This document shows, piece by piece, positions 55,219 through 64,000 of a DNA stretch of 64,000 nucleotides; the stretch's first letter is position 1; each line of letters starts with the position of its first letter. The DNA is taken from NCBI GenBank assembly GCA_002269645.1, contig NIVC01001856.1, positions 62,001 through 126,000 on the forward strand, read 5' to 3'. The notes below the pieces were generated by a model. The model was not told where the DNA came from. It was given only the letters and a program-made list of their open reading frames with translations, and ran no database searches. This DNA comes from Macrostomum lignano. Lineage: Eukaryota. The position numbers and the translations under genes are program-made.

Positions 55219-56293
55219 GCTTAAAGTGAATTGTTCTTCTGTAGTCAACAGACGAAAATCTTTATTAGAGTTTTTTTAAAGTGACTTGAGCAGCTGAGCG
55301 ATGTAGACTGGAAGTGAGATGGTTGTCCAAGTCACTTTATAGTTGCTCAAAAGCAACTATCAGTTTAGCAACTATCAGCCTTTCAGTTTGCACCGCCCAT
55401 TTTTTTAGGCAAACCAATAGGAGCAGGTGGAGATTGGAATCGCTGATTTTTAGTGATGAGCTCGTATTTTCCGAATCACATCTTAGTGTCATCACTAATC
55501 CAGAGTAGAGATGGGCTTTGGGGCTGTCACGACTTTCTTAGTTATCTCATCAGTGACAGTACACCTTCACTTGTCTCTGCTTACTTTTCCTGTTCAAATC
55601 TTGTTAATCTTCTGTCTCTCTACTTCGCTCCTTTCTGATTGGTTCTCTATTCTCGTCTCTCTCCTCAGTCGCACACTCCACCCCCCCAGGTTATTGACAT
55701 TAATATACCTGTTTGGGCCCTGAGCTCCACTTACCGTCTGTTTTGTATTCAACTCTAATTAAGTATCCTCTCAATTTAAATAGTCGTATTACATGTATTT
55801 TGTTTACAGGGGCTTTTGCAGGAAAATTGGCCTGGGCGTTTTCGTGCAATTCACACACACGAGGGCCGACCCCCCAAGGCACAGAGTGTACATGCCTGAC
55901 GATTAGAAAGTCAGGGCCGCTGTGCACCCCGTGTGAGCGCGTGTGCATGAGTGCGTGCCTGCGTACAGCATTGGCGCGCTTGTGTGCTCAGGACTCAGCG
56001 GAATGGGCAGAATTGCCGTCAGCGATCGTGGCAGGACGATGTCGCCGAAGGCGTTGCGCCAGGGTGCGCGCAGCCCTGCTGCGAATCTTAATACAGCTCA
56101 AGAGACTGAGGTACGGAAATTGAAGGTTCTTTTATAGCAGCTTTCGAGTTTCTGTTTTATCTCAAAAAAATTGGTTGCAAATCGAGTCACTCAATCTGTT
56201 TTATCAACTGTAGCATTAGTAAGGATTAAACTTGATTGAGTCACAGTGTAAAACTAGTCAGAATTCCGAATTAGGTCAGGTGCTCAAGCCGCG

Positions 56294-58566
56294 CTAACCG
56301 GACCTGAAGGCGTCCCGGCCACGGGTCCGGATGAGCCGCTCCAAGTCGTTGTTATCAAAGAAGGGCAACCGGCGCAGCTCCGCAAACTTTCTGCTGGCCA
56401 TTTTCACACAGCGGCCCCACGCGTCTCTGGCCGCGCACACGGGCCGCTCGACCAGCTGGAAGCAGGGCATTCGGACCAGGCGGAAGAACCAGTCCAGCAC
56501 CGACTGACCTTCCGTGTCCTTTGATTGCTTCAGGCAGTAATAGAAACTGTAGTGCGGTTTTTGGGGGATCGGTGAGAGTTGAAAATTATTAAAATTAGAT
56601 TGTTAGAAGCTGGTTGAGACTAGAAAATGAGACGTCACTTAATGTTTAGATTAGAAATTATTAGATGAGACTAGATAATGGATTATCAGATGAAACTAGA
56701 TAATGGATTATCAGATGAGACTGGATAATGGATTATCAGATGAAACTAGATAATGGATTATCAGATGAGACTAGATAATGGATTATCAGATGAGACTAGA
56801 TAATGGATTATCAGATGAGACTAGATAATGGATTATCAGATGAGACTAGATAATGGATTATCAGATGAGACTAGATAATGGATTATCAGATGAGGCTAGA
56901 TAATGGATTATCAGATGAGGCTAGATAATGGATTATCAGATGAGATTAGATATTAGATTATCAGATGAGATTAGATATTGGATTATCAACTGAGACTACA
57001 TATTGAATTATCAGATGAGATTAGATAATGGATTATCAGATGAGGCTAGATAATGGATTATCAGATGAGGCTAGATATTGAATTATCAGATGAGATTAGA
57101 TATTAGATTATCAGATGAGATTAGATATTGGATTATCAACTGAGACTACATATTGAATTATCAGATGAGATTAGATATTGAATTATCAGATGAGATTAGA
57201 TATTAGATTATCAGATGAGATTAGATATTGGATAATCGGATGAAATTAGATGTTGGATTATTAGATGAGATTCGATAATGGATTATCAGATGAGATTAGA
57301 CAGTGGTGCATCGGATGAGAATAGAGTAACAGAAGAGCATCAGAGAATTAGAGACCATACTAAAAGTGCAGGTCAAGGATCTAGGCTCGTATTTAAAATG
57401 TATAAGAAGGCATCAGCACAAATACAGTCAGGAATCACCTGACGTCGCACTCGCAGTGAGAAATGGTGAAGTGGAACAGACTCGTGTAGCCATATCGAGT
57501 CTGCAGAGGGTCGATCACTGTGGTGCAATGGTCGTGATCTCTGCAGCATTTGTCAGTTTCGAACGCGCTGCCGAGGTCCGAATAGTTGCTCACTCGGGCG
57601 CCTGGAATGGCGCCATCGAGTAACGGGGTCGTTAATTTGTTGGTTTTAATGAATATAGTAGATTAATTACTATACAGTATAAAGCTACTATAACTTATAG
57701 TAGATAGATAATTCCAATTTGAATTATAAGTAGTATAAGTAGTCTGTTAGCATTAAAATCTCAGAATATATATATATATATGTATACTTCCCTGCAAGCT
57801 ACATGCTACATGGAGTCAAGTTTGTATGTATGCTATTTATGCTATGTAACAATAGGTTTCACTGGACTGGCGCCCCTGGTGCTGGCGCCCCTGGTGCTGG
57901 CGCCCCTGGTGCTGGCGCCCCTGGTGCTGGCGCCCCTGGTGCTGGCGCCCCTGGTGCTGGCGCCCCTGGTGCTGGCGCCCCTGGTGCTGGCGCCCCTGGT
58001 GCTGGCGCCCCTGGTGCTGGCGCCCCTGGTGCTGGCGCCCCTGGTGCTGGCGCCCCTGGTGCTGGCGCCCCTGTTGCTGGCGCCCCTGGTGCTGGCGCCC
58101 TGGTGCTGGCGCCCCTGGTGCTGGCGCCCCTGGTGCTGGCGCCCCTGGTGCTGGCGCCCCTGGTGATGGCGCCCCTGGTGCTGGCGCCCCTGGTGATGGC
58201 GCCCCTGGTGCTGGCGCCCCTGGTGATGGCGCCCCTGGTGCTGGCGCCCCTGGTGATGGCGCCCCTGGTGCTGGCGCCCCTGGTGATAAAGCCCCTGGTG
58301 ATAAAGCCCCTGGTGATAAAGCCTCTGGTGATAAAGCCCCTGTTGCTAAAGCCCCTGGTGCTGGCCCTCCTAAGTCTCCCAAGTCAAGTTCAGTGTATCA
58401 AACTTTTCCCTGTATAATATATATTATTGCATTTTATTTAGCACTTACCTGTGCCGCACCACTTAGTTTTGGGGTGAATAAATGTCGGATTAGTGTTGTA
58501 ATCAACGCCCGGCACGAGAGCGGGCAGGCCTAAGACGAGAATTAGAGAAAAAGTTGGCATTGCCAT
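56294..58566 (-). CDS. PLA2G3-like: Group III (bee-venom-type) secreted phospholipase A2, 177 aa
   Basis: Exons 58566-58449, 57601-57439 and 56546-56294 (534 nt, phases 1 and 2 consistent). Signal peptide MAMPTFSLILVLGLPALVPG, Ca loop TKWCGTG, catalytic DKCCRDHDHC, SHCECD, FYYCL, FF..VRMPCF...C...WGRC. None of the upstream exons is in the ORF track. Confidence 0.93.
56655..57305. repeat. 25-bp minisatellite in PLA2 intron 2
   Basis: Unit GATTATCAGATGAGACTAGATAATG. Confidence 0.95.
57868..58368. repeat. 15-bp minisatellite in PLA2 intron 1
   Basis: Unit CTGGCGCCCCTGGTG, grading to AAAGCCCCTGGTGAT. Confidence 0.96.
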
Positions 58567-59149
58567 ATTTAGCGATTGTAAATATTGTAGAGCTTAGCCA
58601 ATTTTGTTCGTAATTCAGCTTGTATATAATGGCTAGATAAAGTATCAATTTTCACTGCTGCACATCGGTGCGGGTGTAGCAGTTCTTTCCGTCTATGACT
58701 GAGGAGCGGGGAGGGGTTCACAGTTGGACCATAGACAACTGCAACACAGCCGGAGAAGTTTGCTTTGGGCTTGCCGAGAATGATTATATTTGTCTATTTT
58801 TAGATTGCTTGCTACAGTAGCATAAATATGATAGACCTGCTGTTTGATGTCTATTATAAATCTACCTACTAGTTGAGACAGACTACTAACTATTAAAATA
58901 GTTTGAACGATTATTATTCAAGCAAGCGTGAACTAAGAGTATAGGAGTTTCAGCAATACCTGGGTTTTAGTTGAGAAAAACAAACGGAAAAAATCCGGTT
59001 AAATAAAATTTGTTTGACACTTTAAAACTCTCAAAAGGGTGACTTAAGACTGCTTATCCAGGGGTCAGCAATGTCTGTGAAACCCAGAAGCATTTAAAAC
59101 CTTGCAATAGAAATCCAGCCTGCTCAAGGTTTCTATCTCTTATCAGTAC

Positions 59150-60000
59150 TCTTCTCTCGAATCTTCTCTTTTATCCTCTCTCTTCTCTCCTCTCTTCTCT
59201 CCTCTCTTCTCCTCTGTCTTTTCTCTCTTCTCTTCTCTCTTCTCTTCTCCTCTGTCTTTTCTCTCTTCTCTTCTCTCTTCTCTTCTCCTCTGTCTTTTCT
59301 CTCTTCTCTTCTCCTCTGTCCTCTACTCTTCTCCTCTGTCCTCTTCTCTCTTCTCCTCTGTCCTCTTCTCTCTTCTCCTCTGTCCTCTTCTCTCTTCTCC
59401 TCTGTCCTCTACTCTTCTCCTCTGTCCTCTTCTCTCTTCTCCTCTGTCCTCTTCTCTCTTCTCCTCTGTCCTCTACTCTTCTCCTCTGTCCCCTTCTCTC
59501 TTCTCCTCTGTCCTCTTCTCTCTTCTCCTCTGTCCTCTACTCTTCTCCTCTGTCCCCTTCTCTTCTCTCTTCTCCTCTGTCCCCTTCTCTTCTCTCTTCT
59601 CCTCTGTCCCCTTCTCTTCTCTCTTCTCTTCTGTCCCCTTCTCTTCTCTCTTCTCCTCTGTCCCCTTCTCTTCTCTCTTCTCCTCTGTCCTCTTCTCTCT
59701 TCTCCTCTGTCCTCTACTCTTCTCTCTTCTCCTCTGTCCTCTTCTCTCTTCTCCTCTGTCCTCTTCTCTCTTCTCCTCTGTCCCCTTCTCTTCTCTCTTC
59801 TCCTCTGTCCCCTTCTCTTCTCTCTTCTCCTCTGTCCTCTACTCTTCTCCTCTGTCCCCTTCTCTTCTCTCTTCTCCTCTGTCCTCTTTTCTCCTCTCTT
59901 CTCATCTGTCTCTTCTTTCCTCTCTTCTCTGTTCTGTTCTCTTCTCTCTACTCTCCTTTCCTCTCTTCTCCCCTCTACTCGTACTCTTCTCTCTCCTCTG
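59150..60000. repeat. CT-rich low-complexity tandem repeat
   Basis: TCTTCTCCTCTGTCC(C)CTTC-type units. Confidence 0.95.
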
Positions 60001-60179
60001 GTCCGCTAGATTCTGTCCGGCCCTTAAAGTAAAAAGCTTTGCCGACCCCTGGTTTAAACTATCAAGAGGCTGTACTGTTGCGATGAAACAGAATATAATT
60101 GTAGTCTTAGGACATGAATTTGCAGTAGAGATCATATCCGTTCCGTTCCGTTCAAATTGCAGGCTCAGTGGACTTTGGT

Positions 60180-61049
60180 TCAGTTGTACATCCGGTACCT
60201 CTTGTACTCCGCAACAGCCGGTTTGTACTTCGTCCACAGGCCACTCGTGGCCAGGTCCCGGTCCACCTGGAAGTCGCGAAATTCCACGTGACGGCAGGTG
60301 GCAGTGGACTCCATGTACAGGGCGCTGGTGCACACGGAATTGCTGGCGGCCTCGGCTAGGCAGTCAACTAGACTCAATTTGCCGGGCACAACGCTTGAGC
60401 AGTACTCATTCGGCTGGCGATAGCCGTGGGCGGCAAATTTGGCTCGCTGCCAGAAGTTGGCGCCAACTGCGCGGCTGGCAGCTACGGTGGACAGCGGCAG
60501 GCACAGCAGGGAGTGCAGCTCAGAGCAGTTGGCGAACTCCAGGCCGTCGCTGCTCGGGCGGTAGAGCACGCAGTCTACTGGATCCGAGCTACTGTTGGCC
60601 GCCTTCTCGTCAATGTAGGTATCGGCAGCGGTTGTCGAATAGCTGCTGTTGGTCCGTAGAGCGTACTGCTTAGCGAACCTGTTTCTTAGTGCAGACTCAG
60701 CAGCGATGGCTCGCGCAGTCAGTCCAGTCCAGAATGCTACATCACCGGTCAGGTTCAGCTTCATCAGGCTGACGGCCGCGTCAGAGCTCAGCGAGCTGAC
60801 AGCCAGTCTGCCACCAGCTGATCGGCAGGCCCGTGCGGCGCTGCACCAGTTGTGCAACGGACTGACGGTTGCCATGGCGCAGGTGGAATTGTCCAACTGG
60901 AAAGGAAACCCGGCGTTGGATGAGCAGTTGACGTCTTTGAGCTCAGCTGGGGTAGTCTCAAAGTCCATGGAGGGAAACCTCTGGCCGAACGCACCGTCAA
61001 AGAGGCAGCAGACAGTGAGGAACACGAATAGAAGCAGCAGTGACCGCAT
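60180..61049 (-). CDS. Secreted C-type lectin-like plus PAN/apple-like domain protein, 289 aa, single exon
   Basis: Signal peptide, W.....C...GGRLA, FWTGL, C.L...........C......C (CTLD), then C...C...C...Y....C (PAN-like). Confidence 0.8.
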   Translation of the reverse strand: MRSLLLLFVFLTVCCLFDGAFGQRFPSMDFETTPAELKDVNCSSNAGFPFQLDNSTCAMATVSPLHNWCSAARACRSAGGRLAVSSLSSDAAVSLMKLNLTGDVAFWTGLTARAIAAESALRNRFAKQYALRTNSSYSTTAADTYIDEKAANSSSDPVDCVLYRPSSDGLEFANCSELHSLLCLPLSTVAASRAVGANFWQRAKFAAHGYRQPNEYCSSVVPGKLSLVDCLAEAASNSVCTSALYMESTATCRHVEFRDFQVDRDLATSGLWTKYKPAVAEYKRYRMYN

Positions 61050-61664
61050 GCTTGGCTGCTCAGCCGCGAGTGCAGCTAAAGATTAAGTTAAAGCAGTTTC
61101 TATGAATGGTTGGACAGACGTTGCAAAATATAGCAAACGGATTCAGTGGGCTGGGTTGCCGGGGCTGTTGACTTCCAGTTGTCATGCCTGACTTATCTAA
61201 GTAAGCCTACCTGCTGTAACCATGGATACGATGCCGCCACTGATGCGCCGACGCTGTAAATAAACTGTTAGCTCGCTTCTATCTCCCCCATCTTAGCTTG
61301 CAATTGTCCCTTGGTCAGGATGCTGCTCCGGATATGTTTGTGTTGGGTAATGAGACAGCCCTGGCATCAGGTGATCTGCTTGAGAGAAACAGCATTGGGA
61401 CTGACTGGATAGGAAAGGCTTGCTGCAAGGCTTCCTTAGCAACAGTTGCTAGCTGCAACAAAAACAGCTAAAGCAAGCCCGCCCAGTTTTGTTCCACGTT
61501 TATCCGTTGGGGTTTTGCTTCCGAAAGGAATTCTAGAAAAAGAAATTTCCAACTAAACGTACACAAGTATGCGGGTTAGGAAAACTTTTACGCTATTACT
61601 ACTTGTAGGTAGCATGAAATTTTTTAGGCTTCTTGTACCAGAGAAATGAGTCAAGAAGTGTCTT

Positions 61665-62226
<562 letters not shown>

Positions 62227-63412
62227 CTCCCTAGTGACTGTCTGCCTGTATTTGAAAGTCCTGCCACTTTTCCAATGATTATTTTACAAGAACTAACACT
62301 TGCTTGGACAAAAAGCTCACATGAACTTTTCGTCTCCATGCCAATTCAGAGGTGGCAGCGCATTGAGCTTGATCTCATTAAATCTATTTGGCTCGATCGC
62401 CCTAGTCTAGGCTTCCCACCCTGCCAACCTTCAATTCGTTTTAATCTCGGATTTCAGCGGCAGAGGGAAGCGCACATTTTAATCTCTTTTTATATAAAAA
62501 ATATTCTAACAGTTTGGCAGATTTTTCCTGCCGAAATCTATTTTTTTAGGCAAATACGCTGCAGAAACGGACAGAGTTCAGAATGCATTCGGTGAAGGTA
62601 GGAGCCTGTTAAAATCAATGTCCCATATTGGTTAGCTGACTGTGTGCAGCAGGAGAGAAGGAGCCGCGGTACGGTAAGGCATGGGAGCGACAGTCAGCTG
62701 CGGCCATGGAGTACGGAACTTGAAATCTGGCTGGGGGGATTGCCTGGTTGCCACGCGTAACTGCGTGCTGCGCTACCCCCTGAGGAAGAGGCACAACTCT
62801 TTCCTTCCGCTCTCCCTCTCTCCCTCTCCCTCTCTTTCCCGTTTTTAACGGCCAGCAAATTGGGAAGCGGCAGTTCAGTGATAGGGCCAGCCAGCTAGAG
62901 GTAAAAAATGTTAAATCAACTGCGCAAGAATCATATGGTTCCGTATTTCGCTGTGGCAAACCTCTCGACTCGCCTGTCCGCCTCGCTTCACGCTTCAGCC
63001 TCCTTGACTTCGGGCAGCTGCACTGATCTGGCCTGAGGCAGGCTGGGCGCCGCTCTCCCTCAACTCCCTCGATTCCTCCCACCCACCCCCTTCTGCAACA
63101 CACACACACGCACGCACACACACTAGCTAAGCCGAATCCCAAAAGTCACAGATCCCACCCACTTTTCCGCGGACACTTTGCCTACTTACACACGTTTCTA
63201 TCCTCGGGGACTTCGGCTCCTCTCTCGCATTCAGCGCCACATAGCAGCAGTTTCATTCCATCGCTTCCCCAGCAGGACTTGCTTAGGAAAATTTGAAGCT
63301 GCTGCTGGACGGACGTCCGATGCTCTTCGAGCGATGCGGAGCGCTCCTTCAGTAGGGCAGCCTCGCTTGTTCTAGAATAGTAGAGCAGCCAGAAAAAGGC
63401 CAACCGGCTTCG

Positions 63413-63944
63413 ATGACGAACGCGTCGGCAGTCGTTTTTGGGTGCGCCATCATCAGCTCTCTGCTGCTGCTGCTCCGACCAGCTTCCGGTGAAATTCGTA
63501 AGTCTGGGATCCCCCCCCCCCGAAAACAAAACCAGCACCTTTCTGAGCCTTCCCGACTTAACAAAAGTCGTCAAGCACTTGAGAGGCTGAATCGGGGACC
63601 TTTGAAAGAATGAAAGACTTTTGATACGGTGAGGGACTTTTGGTACGGACCTTCGACAGCTACAGTGAAGAACCTTCGGGGATTTTGTTGCGATGCAAAA
63701 AATGGGAACTTTACTTCTAAAATTTTCGTTAGGGCTCTTTGTCCCTTCAGTTCGAGGTGAATGTGCATTTTTAATATCCCATACGTTTCTACGCAACCCA
63801 GCCACCATCGGCGATGACGAAGTGAAGCTGGTGAACCTGCTGTTCGAGCACAAAGGCTACAACAGGCTGATCAGGCCAGTGGCCGATTTGAACCAAACTG
63901 TGCAGGTGGACTTTGGACTGGCGATGGTGCAGCTCATCAATGTG
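63413..63944 (+). CDS. Nicotinic acetylcholine receptor subunit (Cys-loop), first two coding exons; the gene continues beyond the window
   Basis: Exon 63413-63497 (signal peptide, donor C|GTAAGT; alternative at 63488) and exon 63802-63944: DEVKLVNLLFEHKGYNRLIRPVADLNQTVQVDFGLAMVQLINV|, with the phase-0 intron after QLINV typical of nAChR genes. Resembles invertebrate beta1-type subunits. Confidence 0.9.
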
Positions 63945-64000
63945 GTTCGTGTGGGCCTGTGTTTATGCAGATTTCATGTAGCTTTTTGTAGCTCGTGCGT

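Noticed and set aside
57780-58417. Collagen/elastin-like GAPGA and LAPLV ORFs
   Set aside because: Translations of a 15-bp intronic repeat on the strand opposite the PLA2 gene.

Overview
Eukaryotic (metazoan) genomic DNA with GC-rich exons, AT-rich intergenic DNA and a different minisatellite in almost every intron. The style and gene content suggest a flatworm such as Macrostomum (inference, not shown). I rebuilt the genes by hand from GT-AG junctions with matching phases. They are: the 3' part of a TRPM channel, an ALDH3 ending in a CaaX box, AGGF1 (in-frame TGA before the G-patch), an intronless DEG/ENaC channel, a Cys-rich membrane orphan, a second small orphan, a divergent opsin-like GPCR, a group III secreted PLA2, a C-type lectin/PAN protein and the 5' end of a nicotinic receptor subunit. 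Mobile DNA comprises an intact LOA-like LINE, two copies of a tRNA-derived SINE and a probable MITE. Two observations stand out. (1) The LINE is flanked by an identical 288-bp direct duplication of DEG/ENaC coding sequence, so the channel keeps both TM helices and only swaps its C-terminal tail. (2) Tandem arrays are built from exon-intron junctions: about 52 x 134 bp in the opsin and a 21-bp unit in ALDH3, each copy carrying a 5' splice site.
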